A stretch of DNA of 64,000 nucleotides from the human T2T-CHM13v2.0 reference genome, Homo sapiens: the NCBI RefSeq assembly GCF_009914755.1, contig NC_060942.1; one strand, written 5' to 3'. Below the pieces are notes generated by a model that saw only the letters and a program-made list of their open reading frames with translations, had not been told where the DNA came from and did no database searches. Made by a program: the position numbers and the translations under genes. Positions 25,901-40,176 of the stretch are shown piece by piece. Every line of letters starts with the position of its first letter. Position 1 is the first letter of the stretch.

Positions 25901-28900
25901 TAGAAACTAAAATGCCTTTTAGCTCAAGTGACTTTAATAATCTTTAGTAAATAAAAATAGTTTTACAATTATTGACAAAAGTCTTTAAAATTTAGACATT
26001 TGGACTCTACTAGGCAGGTCAGATATTGAATTAGGCAGCTTGGGTGCTTTCAGTTTATAAACTGCTTCTGTGACTTTTGATAGTTGCTCCTCACTTGCCT
26101 CCTTTAGAGCCTTGAGATTGTAGGTAAGGCCTGGGGACGTGTGGGGTTATCCATGCCCCCTAGCCATGCTGGAAAGAGTCAGACATTACCTGCAGTTCTG
26201 TCCAGTGTCCTAGGCTCTACACTTGGTACATAATTAAAATTGCTTATACTAAAAATAAAGTTATGTGCTATTGATCAAAGCATGAAAACGTGATTTTAAA
26301 AATTGGCTGGTTTCAAGGATTTAAGGATTGCTTTAAGTGAAAAAAAAAGGTTTAAACTAAAGTTTTAAACAAGTTGTAAAAAGTTTGTAAAAATTAATCT
26401 ATAAATGAATTCTGTTTATGAACAAGTTGGCTAAAAATTAAAGAAATTTAGTTTTTTAATGCATTGAACATTGAAATAAAAGCACACAGATGTAGGTCGA
26501 GATTCTGGGCACATATGTATTAACAAGGTTTTCTTAGAGCATTTATCTGCTCTATAACAAAAAAATTGTAAAGTATTTTAAGAGGTTTATGAAAATCTTA
26601 CCTTATGGTCAAACTGATTAAGATGGGATAGATTTGTTTAAAAAATCTTATTAAATTTGGGTTTCACATTCACTTTATACTAATGCTAAGATAAAATTTG
26701 ATTTTTCCTTTTAAACAAGATTTTTATGTAAAAAAAGATTTCTGTATAATAGTGAGAGACAATAAAAGACTTTTGTTTACCATTTGAATAAACTACAGAA
26801 AGTAAAAGAGGGGAGAGAGAAGAAATAGATTCAGTTGGCTCCATGTGGTCTTTATTGGTTCTCCTTTGGAAATCTGAATCTTCCCTCTATCATAGCAAAG
26901 ATTTTTGCCTTTTTGAAATTTTCTTTGATTTATCACTTTGGCTAAGTAAATGACTTGTGATCCTATTTTGTGATATCAAGCATTTTAAACCTTTGATATT
27001 GACAAACATTGCAAAATCAAATTCTAAATTAAGTCTTTTTTTGACCTCATTAACTTTTAAGTATTTATTCCTATGAAGCCCAAAAGAGGCGTATTTGGCT
27101 TATTTGCTATATTAAAATTCTATACAAAGCATTGTCAGATAGAAAATGGTATTTAACTTCCTTTGAGTTACATTCATATGAATGTGTTTTCAATATATAT
27201 TCCAAAATTGTATAAGATTCCTATATCATATGTCTGATATCATATTATGTTTCAGTATATATGTCTCAGTACATGTTACCAGTAATAATTATAATTGTTT
27301 GTTAAATAATTGTGTGCCAAAGAGATTTTCTTGTTAATTGCAGCTTTAACTGTGGCTGTCCTAAGATTCTTATCATCCACAGACATTTGTTGTTTTGTTT
27401 TTATCCTTTTTAAAAGGCAGTTTATAAACAGCTATAAGACTATGGTAAGTACTCTTGAATGTAGGTCTCTGATAAATTCTGAGATTGTGAGATTGGAATA
27501 GAGAGAAAAAAAGCTTCTAGGACTCTTATAAAAAACTAATGTATTCATAATATATTCATATGGACTGCTAGCCCAATATTGATTGAAATAAGAGTTGATT
27601 GCATGGACTAACAAAGGACTGAAATAATGTTTTTATGACTTTTTGCTTAAAACACTGATACTTTCTGTTTTGTGTTTCAGAATCAAAAAAATCTTTATTT
27701 TTCTTTTGAGCTATTTACAGCTTTTAAAAATTGAGTGAAATATACTCTTGTGAGCAAAATTGGAAGTATATTTTTTCTACTTAATTTCTTTAGAATTTAA
27801 AAACTATTTGTAAGCGTACTTAATTCATGACAGTATAGTTCTTACATAACTGCAGTTAAGTATCTCTATTCTTCTGTAATAGGACACATTTGGAGACATT
27901 AGTTATTTTCCCAAGGCTTTGGATGGAAATAGCATGCATTTGGATATAAACAGACTGACTTAAGGAAACAAAGGTGACTTATAGAGCCAATACAATCCCC
28001 ATGGGAAAACTTTTGCCCTATACCTTGTCTATGCAGTCCCTGTACAGGGTTCCTGACTTATGGTAAGCAAAGAATGTTGCTTTTGGACATATCCAGCAGC
28101 ATTAAGTTATCTTGAGACCTGAAGGGGAGAGGAATCCACCCAACTCATACAAGTATTTGCAGGAACAGATAAATCTGTGGTTGAGCTCAAGGATTTAAAA
28201 TGTCTAATCTGAGATTCCTTTGAAGAAAGTTCCAGCAAAGCCAATTTAAAAAGCCTATATGGCAAATAATTAGTCTTGCTGCATTTTATGAATATAATCA
28301 GGCCAAGTATAATAAGACTAAAACTTATTTTGCCAGAAAATGTGTCCTACTATGATTTGTCTTTAGTAAAAATGAGGACTGGAGAGGGAAAAATTATGTT
28401 TCAGACAAAAACTGCATTACAGCTGTGGTTATATTATACTCTTGTCCATTATTTTTTAGTTTTTCTATTATTTTCTACAATTTGGACTGAATCTTGAATT
28501 CTTTCAGGACTAAAGTCTCCAAACTAACACTTTCAATTTTTTCTTCTATTTTTCTGACTTGGATTCAGTGAAATTACTATTATATTTTTCCTGAGTTTCT
28601 GTAAGCTAAAGCTTATTCCTTGTGATATAGATGAGAAAACTATGTCAGATTGCCACTGACTTCCTCCTATATAACTAAAGATGCTTTTAGTCTAACATCT
28701 GAATAGATTGTGCCCAACGTTAACTTTTGTTTTTCTTGTTTCCATAAAAAATGCCTCCTACTAAAACTCTGTTTGCCTTCATCATGTATAGAGGCCTAGC
28801 CCATCTGCAATGCCACCTCCTGAAATGGCACATAGCTGTTTAACTGAACGGATCTCTTCTCATGACTAGTAAACAACTTTAAGATATGGGATGATATATT

Positions 28901-29358
28901 TCAATTTGCTCTTTTCTATTTATCCCAATTTGTCTTTCTAACAATTTTAAACCCAAATCTCTCTCTACTAGTGACCCCATGTCTGATTGATCTTTGAGGC
29001 TATTCACCTAAATCCCTTAGGACTTTAGATCAATTCTACAAGAACTTCCAAAGTTATGACTTTCTTTTCTTATACTAGAACTCATTATCTTATAGTCTGC
29101 TGTTTAATTAAATGCTGTGCTAAAACTGTGGGCAAGAGTACTAACATCTTTGTAATGCAAGCCTTAAAACACAAACCAGGCATTCCTGAATACATGCAGA
29201 CAGCTGTGAAGCAGTTTCATTCCTCTTACCCTGGGGTCAACTTCTAGCACAACTACTTCCCCTGTCAACAGGAAGAAGTTGGAGGAGTAGTCAATCTTTT
29301 CCCATCTCCATAACTCACATCTTAAGGAACAGATGTGGTGAAATCCAAAAGGGGGCAC
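22940..29358 (+). mobile_element. ERV1 internal region (HUERS-P1/MER4-group, non-coding)
   Basis: Lies between two LTR8 copies, with PBS-Pro at the 5' end and polypurine tract aaaagggggcac (29347-29358) at the 3' end. No long gag/pol/env ORF in the track. Confidence 0.82.
22944..22961 (+). promoter_or_regulatory. Retroviral primer-binding site, tRNA-Pro type
   Basis: tgggggcttgtctgggat versus tRNA-Pro PBS TGGGGGCTCGTCCGGGAT; both differences are CpG-type C>T changes. Confidence 0.85.
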
Positions 29359-30033
29359 TGAAACCACCTTTGCAAAGATTATAACAGTGAGAAAATTATA
29401 ACAGTGAAGGAGATCCAACCTAAACAACTTCATCTTATTTTTAACCACTAAGCTGCCCTTGCTCATTTCTGGACATTTCTGGGCACTTTGATAAAAATTT
29501 AGTTTATAGTTTAGCTTTGAAACAAAGGTGACAACAGCCAGTCCCTGAAACAAACTCCCTCCTTGCTTGGGGACCTGGCTACCCTTGCAAAATTAACAAA
29601 TTAGCCACAGGACTAGAAATTATAGCTCAGAAGTCATGCAGACAGTGGTCACAAGATTCCTAATCTCCGCAATTGCTCCTATGGATAACGTTAATATTGT
29701 AAGACCCAAGATTGGTGTTTGAAATATTTTCCAGATCCTACATTCTGGTGGATCAGCTGGCACCACAAAGACTGGTAAACTGGTTCATCTGGTCCTATGT
29801 CCCCCACCCAGGAACTGACTCAATGCAAGAGGACAGCTTTGATTCCTTATGATTTTATCCTCAATCAAATCAATCAGCGTTGCCTATTCCCTAGCCCCCT
29901 GCCTGCCAAACCATCCTTCAAAAACCCTAGGCTCTAAATTTTCGAGCAGGCTGATTTGAGTAATAATGAAACTCTGGCCTCATGTTTACCTGGCTTTACC
30001 TGCATTAAGCTCCTTCTCTATTGCCGTTCTCAT
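29359..30033 (+). mobile_element. 3' LTR, LTR8 family, lacking its last ~60 bp
   Basis: Direct repeat of 22205-22880; similarity stops after ...ttctctattgccgttctcat. Confidence 0.88.
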
Positions 30034-30455
30034 TCTGAAGTTCAGGTAACTTGGTCTTGACCCAATTAAAAAATTGACTTTCTTATGTCTCCAAGAGGAA
30101 ACTCCATCTTTTTATTAAACATTTCCTCAAATATTTAGACTTTTTAATAAATACAACCAATCTTCTTTTTAATAAATTTTAGCCGGTTATCAACAATCCG
30201 TTACACAAGTATTATTGGCGTCAAAAATTCCTGGTGAAATTGTATCTTTGAGAAATTCATTGAGTAAAATGTAATAGAAATAATTTTGTTTTGCTGAAAT
30301 CAGTTTTCAGCAAATGGACCAACTATATTCCAATAGTGTGAACCTCAAGACAAAAATCCAGTGAAGATTTTCTTATTTCTGACTTAGTGAAAATTAATTT
30401 ACATTGTTTAGTTAGCCTTTTATCATCAATATTGGTAGTTGATTGAATAAATACG

Positions 30456-30828
30456 TAATATGGTTTGGCTGTGTGCCCATCCAAATCTCATCTTGAATTG
30501 TAGTTCTCATAATCCCCACATGTCGTGGAAGTGACCCAGTGGGAGATAATTTAATCATGGGGGTAGCTACCCTGATGCTGTTTTCATGATAGTGAGTTCT
30601 CGTGAGATCTGATGGTTTTTACAAGGGGCTTTTCCCTCTTTTGTTTGGCAGTTCTCCTTGCTGCCACCATGTGACGAAGGACACGTTTGCTTCCCCTTCC
30701 ACCATGATTGCAAGTTTTCTGAGGCCTCCCCAGCCATGCTGAACTGTGAGTCACTTAAACCTCTTTCCTTTATAAATTACCCAGTCTCGGATGTGTCTTC
30801 ATTAGCAGCTTGAGAACAGATTGATACA
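30456..30828 (+). mobile_element. THE1 (THE1D-like) solo LTR
   Basis: atatggtttggctgtgt...ccaaatctcatcttgaattgtag...ttataaattacccagtctc...gataca. Confidence 0.92.
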
Positions 30829-31504
30829 AAAAAAAAGAACTAGAAACTGATGTTATTAATATGCAATGTAATGGAGTCTTAAAACCAAGTAGGCCAGCAT
30901 TTATAGTACATTTTTACACGTATGTCTAGAATAGTTACCTTAAACACACATGCACACAGATGGATAACATCTGTATTTGCAAACAGCTATTTTCCATTGT
31001 GAATTATACTAGAAAAAAATTCAAGGATATATACTTAAGCCTTGCCATGCAAATAATTGGGAAATACAATGACATCTTGGTATAAAATAAAAGTTGTTAG
31101 GTCTCCCATTCCAACTGAAAATAAACTATAAAAGTGAATAATTAACTACATATTTTTTCTATTTTGAATTTAAGATAAAAGTTCCAAAAATACCTTTTGT
31201 CATATTAATACATTATATTTCAGAAAAAGTGAAGATGATATTTCTTGCGTCTATTAGGTTTTTTTTTTTTTTTAGCAGCTCACTTTTCTAATACTAGAAA
31301 CTTCGGTTATTTATATTCTCTCCCTAGTCTTGTAGGCATTTGAGTTTGTGGCTCTGATCCAGACTGCAGAACCTGGTTGTGCCTATTCTGTTATCATGCT
31401 ACTATATTTAATTCAATTTAATCCAATATAATTATATTATATGCAATTTCATTTATTCGTTTATTAATTAAATCCCTGGTTAATAATATTTTCCAACAAA
31501 ACTA

Positions 31505-31955
31505 CCACTGATGTTGGCTATTGATGCATAATAAACCAGCATAAAACTTGGGTTTATATAAAAATAATATTAATTTCTCATATGACTGTAGGCCTCAGGT
31601 TATTTAGTCTGGGTTTGGTTAAACTTGACTGGGCTTGCTCATATACATTTGTGAAATGGTTCTGCTCATATGTTCCTCATTCTTTCTCTGGGACCCATGG
31701 AGTAGCCAAGGTGTGAAACTTTGACAGTAGTGCAAGCACAAGAGAGCAAATCCCAATGTACAAACCAATTTCTACTTTCCACTTGTATCATCTCATTAAC
31801 ATTCCACTGGACAAAGTAAGTCACACGGCTGAATACAGAGTCAAAAGACAGTGCAACTCAGCCTGTGCACATCAGAAAGCACAACACAGTTATACAGCAA
31901 AGACTGTGAATTCAGGGGAAAGGGATGAATTGGAACCATCTTGAAATCTATTGCA
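31505..31955 (-). mobile_element. MLT1H/I/J-like LTR
   Basis: Reverse MLT1 motifs (ttggctattgatgcataataaacc...aacattccactggacaaagtaagtcacacggc). Confidence 0.7.
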
Positions 31956-32169
31956 TGTGCTCTAGATGCCCACAAAAAATTGTAAGAAATTAACGAAGTA
32001 TGAAGGAACAAAATAGAAAAACAACCATGTGCCAAGAGGAGAGGCATAGACAAAAGTGTCAAAAAGTCTTTGCTGCTAAGATTAGAAAAAGGACCAAAAA
32101 ATATATATTAGGTATGGCCAGATGGAGGCCATCTGTGATCATGGCAAGCGTACTATTGTACTGGGACTA

Positions 32170-32790
<621 letters not shown>

Positions 32791-32799
32791 CAAGGGAGT

Positions 32800-33370
32800 T
32801 AAAAGGTGAGTCACAGCCTGGGAAAAATATTTGCTGTACATGTATCCATCAGACTTGTGTACAGAATATATAAACAGGAACTCTTAGAATACAAGAGGAG
32901 TAAGACACACAATCCAATTAAAAACGGGCAAAGACTTGAATAGAAGTTTCAAATAAGAAGATATACAAGTGATCAATAAATATATCAAAACATTCTTTAA
33001 ATCATTGGTATTTAGAAAAATGCAAATTAAAACTACAATTAGATACAGCTACATATTTATTAGACTGCCTAAAGGTAAAAAATGGAAAACATTAGATGAC
33101 GATGGGTATGTGAAGCAGCTCTCATATTTTGCTATGGAAGTGAAATACAACTGCTCTGGAAATATCTGGAAATTTTTATTAAAATTACACACCTTTCTAT
33201 AACCTAGAAATTTCGTATCCTTTAATCCTGAGATTCCTGAGATGAATGAAAAAATTTCCATGAAAATATTTGTAGCAGTAATTTATAGCATCTGAAAGCA
33301 ACTCATATTTCTAGCAATAAAACAATGAATAGTTAAGTGAATATGGCTTATATCACAGAATAGTACACAA
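32800..33370 (+). mobile_element. Old L1 (L1ME/MC) ORF2 3' fragment
   Basis: The ORF at 32969-33202 retains L1 ORF2 C-terminal motifs (RKMQIKTTIRY). Confidence 0.75.
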
Positions 33371-35039
33371 GAATGGTGAAGACTAGAACCAGATTCATTG
33401 GGTTAAGAAATAAATAAAAAGGGAAGCATATAAATGGTGCATTTTATAAAATTTATTCCCAGTGGGAAATTATTGCTCTCTAGATAACACTTTGGATGCA
33501 TATGAATGCATGAATGGTTTCCCAGTCATGGGAAGGTACTTCTGACACTCAGTAGAGAGGTGAGTCAGGGAAGCTAGACATTTAGTAATTTGCAGGATAG
33601 TACCATATGACGAATGATTTTTCTACATTAGGACCAGCTTCTGAAATATCTGTTGGATATTCACAAAGTTAAAAAAGAAAACCAAATCAAAAAAAGAAAA
33701 CTTTTGAGTTTTGTTTGTTTAACACCTTACTCCATGTAATATATAAATAAAAAATGGTTTTGTACAGTTTCAATATATATATATTTTCCAGGAAGGCAAC
33801 CATCATGTAAACCAACAGAACATATTACTCTGTTTGCCAAGAAGTGTTCACCATTTCAGAAAAAACACAACCCTAATAGCAATGTTAATGTTTAAGACTT
33901 CAGTGCAACACATTTGTATCAGTCTATATTTGTAGTGGTTCCATTAATAAATATTCTATGTACAGGTGTAAGCATCATATTATTTCATTGTATCTTCTAT
34001 GAATAGTCATGTATAACCATTTTCAAACTAAAATGTATATTATTTTTTTATAAAGTACTTTGTTTTTTTATTTTTCTTACATGTATGGCTTTGTGTTGAT
34101 TTCTAAAGTACATATATATTATACAAAGGTTATTGTCTGTGCGTTTTATTTTAAATAGAAATTTGGGTGTTAAAATATTTGTAATAAAAGAAAGCTGTCA
34201 AGTCTGTTGTTATCTAGAATTTTCATTTTAGAAACTTGTGAAAAGAAAAAAATGATAATAGCTGAAGGTATATTTTAAAATTATTTTAATTTAATGTAAA
34301 AATTAGAAAGTTGAGAAGATCTTAAGTGTATTTATAGACATAAGAAGAAGTGGCAATGGAGAACAGGGTAATTGTACAGAATAATATGAGTAGTACTAAC
34401 TCAAAGGGATTGAGTAGGATGGTTAACAATATATTTTGTCCTGGTACCTAATAACAAGATATACTTGATAATGCCTACATCAGTTGTCACCCAGTTTAGA
34501 GTCTTAGAATTTATTCCTGGGCAACTTTTTGCTGTTTCACACATTACTATTGTCTCCCCACTTTGACTCTAAGCTCTCTAAGTAAAAGGAACATATATGT
34601 CAATCAGACTGAGCACATATATCGCAGACTGAGCACATAAGTTGACACATGTCAAATGATCTCATAGTTAATTGCCCATTTGGGTATAGAGGTGCTGTAT
34701 ATTTGAGTGTATAGATGCTGGACGAAGAATGGTGGTGGGACAGAGAAGGACCTGGGGAAGATAGAATGCACAGCCAACTTTGTTACTAATAATGCAGCTG
34801 TATTCTCCTCTACCTACCTGATTCTATTACTGAGCTTAAAATTCCAGAGAATGAATAAGAGTGGGATCGCAGCAGAACATAACAGATGACTTTGACCTTT
34901 GAAAAAGTCAAGCTTTAAGTAACAGCTGTGACTTGTGGGACAAAATTGCTTTGGCAGTAGAGGGCAAGTAACCCATGTGCCTGTTCAGGTTAGAGTTACT
35001 ATGTCTTCCGATGGTATTACTGTTGTTTGATTCTTCCCT

Positions 35040-35230
35040 ATACCAAGGCTTTAAAGCCACTCACATTTTGATCCTATTGGTAACAGCAAGAGACTATTCT
35101 TATCTCTGTTTTTCAGATGAGGAAACTCAAGCAGGAGGTTATGTGACTTGGGTAAGATCAGTCAAGAAATCAGCAGGTTAAAAACAAATATCAGATCTCC
35201 TAAGGTCAAAACTTGTGTTCCAAAAAGACA
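35040..35230 (-). mobile_element. MIR
   Basis: ttttcagatgaggaaactcaagc...gttatgtgacttgggtaagatca. Confidence 0.7.
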
Positions 35231-35534
35231 TGTTACCAAATCATGCAGAAATATAATAATTGAAAGGAAATATCTCTGAATTTATTCTTCCAGATTTTGA
35301 TCACTTAAAGTTTTAAAAAAGCAGACACTGCTAAAAACTTATATAACTTGAAAAATATTTACTTCATAACAGTAAATAGCATGTGCAGTATTCAGACAGT
35401 ATCTTCTCAGTAGTGTGTAAGTTGTACTTGATATCTAGCTGAAATTTAAAAATGTGAATTCAGTTTCTGGATTTAACGCCAACTCATTTTAACCATTTTA
35501 ATTACTTAGATTCCAAATAACTCATACAATGAAT

Positions 35535-35643
35535 GTGCATGTATGTACGTATTTATGTATGTAGGTATGTATGTATATTCATACACTATAAATGTGTGTA
35601 TATATACATATATATATACACATACATACATATATATATATAT
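35535..35643. repeat. (TATG)n/(TA)n degenerate microsatellite
   Basis: Visible tandem TATG, TACA and TA units. Confidence 0.9.
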
Positions 35644-37041
35644 TCCTTTTTAAAGCCAATGCTTTTAAAACACATTATTTAGATTGTATATTTCATAGGA
35701 ACCACCCAGGAGTCATTGTACTTCACCTATTATTTATCGTGATTTTTAAAAACAGACATCAAAAAAGACAGCAGATAAGCAGTCTCAGGAAAATAGACTG
35801 CAGCTCCTTCTGATGAATCTATGTTCAATACTCTACAAAGTCTATTAGATATTCATTCATATTCCAAGACTTCAGAGTATCAAATTATGGAAAACATCAT
35901 TAACATCATCATTGTCCTTGTCTTCAGCATCATCATTGTTATCCTCTGGTACTCTGTTGTTTCTTCTTCAGATTTCTTTTTATCCATAGCACTTGCCACA
36001 GTTTAATCTTCATATTCTAGAATTGCAAGCTTCATGAGATAGAATATTTTTACTTTATTTTTCCCTTTTTGTTTCCCCTGCACTTAGAAAAGTGATCTGC
36101 ACATAGCATGTACTTACTATATATTAATGTGTAAGAGAAATATAATAAATTATGATATATAGCTTAATTAAGGCTCTTCTGGGTTCATATATTGAAGGTA
36201 AATCAAAACAATTGAACAAAACATAGTTTTCAAAATTTACCAGTCAGACCATAATGATAAATGCTTCTTGAGGAACAAATGCATATTTTATTGGAGTAAA
36301 AGTTAATTTCCATGAGTGAGAACATAAAAAAGGGGTAGAAGAAAGTTCTTTTTCTAAGAACTCTACCATATACAGTTTTGGAACTAATATGTTTAGACAT
36401 TTACCCCTATGTAATGCTTTTAGACAACTAACTCATAGACAAATACATTAGTATTTGGACATAATCTATCCAATACAGAAAGTAGCATTTATAATCTTTC
36501 CAGCAAGTGTTGAACAGATATGGCCATATATTCTTTTTTAATGAAGTCTATTTTGCCATTTTTCCTAAATCTCAGATAAGGTTATCAGTCCTGGTATTCA
36601 ATTCAAATATGCTCCCTTATTCTTAGGGCCGGGACACATTACTAGGTGCACAATAAATCTTACCCATATAGATGAATTAGAAGAAGCCAAAGAAAAAAAA
36701 AGAGAGATCTTTCCCAAATATTCTATAAAACTGAAATGTTATTATTATATGTTATTTTTACTGCTAATGTGCCTCCATTATCTCAACACATGTGGTTATG
36801 ATTATAAGCATCAATTACACTCAGCATGTTACACTGAAAGAGTTAAACCCTGCCGTTCATGTCTTCAGCCAATATATGCTGAATAACTTTGGATACATGG
36901 CATTACCCCTGCCTCCAAAAAGCCTTTAGTGGAGAAAACACATACGGAAATAGACAGTTACCAATGTAAAGTGATAAAGAAAAAGAAAGAGAAAGGAAAG
37001 TAAATGTGCTATGGGAACTCACCCTTTTTCTGCGAGTCAGA

Positions 37042-37565
37042 GTGTTAGTGTCATCAAACTAAATTGGGTTCATTTTTCCACATGCAATGGAAAGCTGAAC
37101 ACTGAAGCACTGCTTTTTGCAGAGAGAAAGCCTTATGACCAGGCAGCTGAACAAGAAGGCAGGAGTCAGGCTCAAACTTGTCTCCCCATAGGATCCTTGC
37201 CACCATGGATTTAAGGGAGATATTTGAGGGTAGGTTTCAGGGCTGGACAGTGGTTGGCTGAAAGAAAAGGGAATTTGGAAAAATCCTTGGGCATGAGCTA
37301 TTACCCTTACATGCTTCTTCATATGTCAGATGTTCAGAAAATGGCAGCATTAGCTTGATCTGGAGGAAGAGATTTTGGCTCTATGATGTCAAAAGGTCAC
37401 TCATTGAGTGTAGACTCCAGTCAGTCATGTTGGTTCCAACCAGACTCAGCCTGTCAGCTAGTTTTGTTGAAAATAAAAGGAATTTTATTCTTGCTGTCTT
37501 CTAAGACAAGCTTAAGAAATTTTGCTCATTACCAAATTTTCTTAACCCTATAGGGCACAGTTTCA
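37042..37565 (-). mobile_element. ERV1 (MER4-group, MER66/67-like) solo LTR
   Basis: tgttag...tttca termini, about 520 bp, MER4-group-like internal motifs; subfamily uncertain. Confidence 0.55.
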
Positions 37566-37920
37566 TGAGTCAACATAAACTAGACTTAAGCTGCATATAA
37601 AATAACCTCCAACTCTTACAGCTTAGCAAGTAACCTTACATTTCTCACTCATCCAAGGGCCTTGTAGGTTTTTAGAAGGGCTTTGTTCCACATGTCATTC
37701 AGACTTCTAGTCTGAGAGATGCTGGGCCATCTGCTGGTCTCCCAAGCATGAGACGATAGAAGTTGGAGAATTACTCAGGGTTATTTTACTACCTGAGCCT
37801 AGATGTGCCACACATTGTACATATCACATTTTACTGATGAGAAATGTACAGAGGCTAGGAAATGTAGTTTCTCATATACTCATTAAAGAACATAGAATTG
37901 GATAATTTCCAATAGAGTAG
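37566..37920 (-). mobile_element. MLT1J/K/L-like LTR fragment
   Basis: ctgcatataaaataacctccaactc...tttctcactca...ggctaggaaatgtagtttc. Confidence 0.55.
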
Positions 37921-38064
37921 ATGCTCTTGATTACAGGATATCAAAAGTGAGAGCTGAAAACTGGGCATTACTTCCAGATAATTATTTTCAATGAATTACA
38001 AGTAGTTAGCTCTGCTGCTCCACAAGACTTCACATAGATTTCAATATAGCATTAAAAAAGCATC

Positions 38065-38422
38065 TGTATGATTTGTTTATGTCCCCACAAAATTCATATG
38101 TTAAAACTTAATCCCCAAGGTGATGGTCTTAGGAGGTAGGGCCCTTGGGAGCTGATTAGGTCATGAGAGCAGAGTCCTCGTGAATGGGATTAGTACCCTT
38201 ACAAAAGAGGCCCCAGAGAGCTGCCTTGCTCCTTTCACCCTCTGAGGACATATTTAGAGGGTTCCATCCGTGAAGCAGAGAACAAGCTCTCAACAGACAC
38301 CGAACTTACAAGCACATTGATCTTAGGTTTCCCAGCATCCAGAATAGTGAGAAATACATTTCTCCTGCTATGAGCTACTCATTTTAGAGTGTTTTATTTT
38401 AGTAGTACAAATAGACTAAGAA
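38065..38422 (+). mobile_element. MLT1A LTR
   Basis: gtccccacaaaattcatatgttaaaac...gattaggtcatgag...tgaatgggattagt...gactaaga. Confidence 0.88.
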
Positions 38423-38558
38423 AAGCATTAACCCTTGAGGGAAAAAATTAAACGACTGACAGTTGAGTTTCAACATATGACTTGGCCATATGTTAAAAGT
38501 AAACTGATAAGTATTAACTAACTTTGCTTACCAACTAAAGCTAAGACTAAGCTATTAG

Positions 38559-38724
<166 letters not shown>

Positions 38725-39806
38725 CCATCCAAATCAAAGAGAAATACCCAGAGAAATAAAGAGGAATATAAGCAACTTGGAAGAAATAGAAGCAAGATAT
38801 GCAATAGAGGAAAACTAATTCTCAGAGAAATAAGACATTGATTCCATGAAAATGAAAAGAGAGAGAAAGTATAGAAAATGCCCAAACAACTAAATAAATT
38901 CTCTAGAATGAAGAATATGAGAGCTGATATGTGGGACTCCTGATTCTGGTAAAGATTAAGTAACAAGGAACAGATTTACCCTCCTGCTTCAAACCATCAA
39001 ACGATGAGCAAAATATATGCAATAATGCATGGCAAGACAATATATGTCAGGCAACAAAGGACAACAATCCCCAAATTGAGAAACAAATGAGATGAACCCT
39101 ATAATAAGCCCAGCTATTGTCATGAGGGGTTTCTAGGCTCTGGCACAGGAGAAGGAACTCAGGTAGAGCTCCCAGCAAACTACCTGACTGGACAAAAGGC
39201 ACTGAGGATCTTGGGGAAACAATCCAGATAGAGTTTGAGGGCAGAGGACTGAAAAAGAGAGGGAATGCTGGGAATCCACAGAGTGTCACCCTCACACGAT
39301 CAGCTGCGTACTGGTTAGTGCATACGTGCAAGGAAACGATCTGAAGCCCAGAAAACATCCCTTGAAAGCATTAGATGTGACATGTCCAAAGATCACATGT
39401 GACTGGGAATAATGCCTGTTTTCACCACCCAGGCTGAAAAACCTCAAGATTTGTGGCAAACTGAATAATGTATGTAGAAATATCTTGACTTAGTAATGAG
39501 CAGTAATTAGCCCTGGATTGAGCTTTGCTCCAAACTCACTTAACAAACCCTAAAAATAAGAAGAAAAATGATTAAATTGTTTCTAAGTAATTAAGCCATA
39601 TCTCAGAAAAAAAGACTAAGAATATTTATATCATTACAAACGTATCCAGCATTTAAGCGAGGTAAAATTCCCACGGTGATGCAACCGACGAAAGGCATAA
39701 AAATTAGGGAAAAGGACCAATAGGGTGGAGAAAATCAATCAAAACTGACCCAGAACTGACATAAGATATTAGAATTAGCAGACAAGAACATTAAAACAAC
39801 AATTTT

Positions 39807-40115
39807 AGCCAGATGTGTTGGCTTTCACCTGTAATCCCAGCTAATTTGGAGGCTGAGGTGGGAGGATTGCTTAAAGCCAGGAGTTGGAGACCAGCCTGGA
39901 CAACATAGCAGAACTCTATCTATACATTTTTCTTTAATAGTCAGGCATAGTAGTGCAAGCCTGTAGTCTCAGCTAATTGGGAAACAGAGACAGGAGGATT
40001 GCTTCAGCCCAGGAGTTCAAGGCTGCAGTAAGCTATGTTTGTGCCATGGGACTCCAGCCTGGATGACAGAGTGAGACCCAAACTCAAAAAGAAAAGAAAA
40101 AAGAAAAGAAAAGAA
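39807..40115 (+). mobile_element. AluJ
   Basis: gaggattgcttcagcccaggagttcaaggctgcagtaagctatg (AluJ diagnostics) and a (GAAAA)n tail. Confidence 0.92.
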
Positions 40116-40123
40116 ACAACAAA

Positions 40124-40125
<2 letters not shown>

Positions 40126-40174
<49 letters not shown>
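40126..40174. repeat. (CA)n microsatellite at the Alu tail
   Basis: More than 20 CA units. Confidence 0.97.

Positions 40175-40176
<2 letters not shown>

Noticed and set aside
22940-29358. Possible intact retroviral gag/pol/env
   Set aside because: No long ORF or recognisable retroviral protein motif in the ORF track; the interior is decayed or non-autonomous.
34605-34640. Short direct duplication (cagactgagcacata twice); a similar one at about 2017-2050
   Set aside because: Ordinary slippage duplications with only two units; not a CRISPR-like or functional array.
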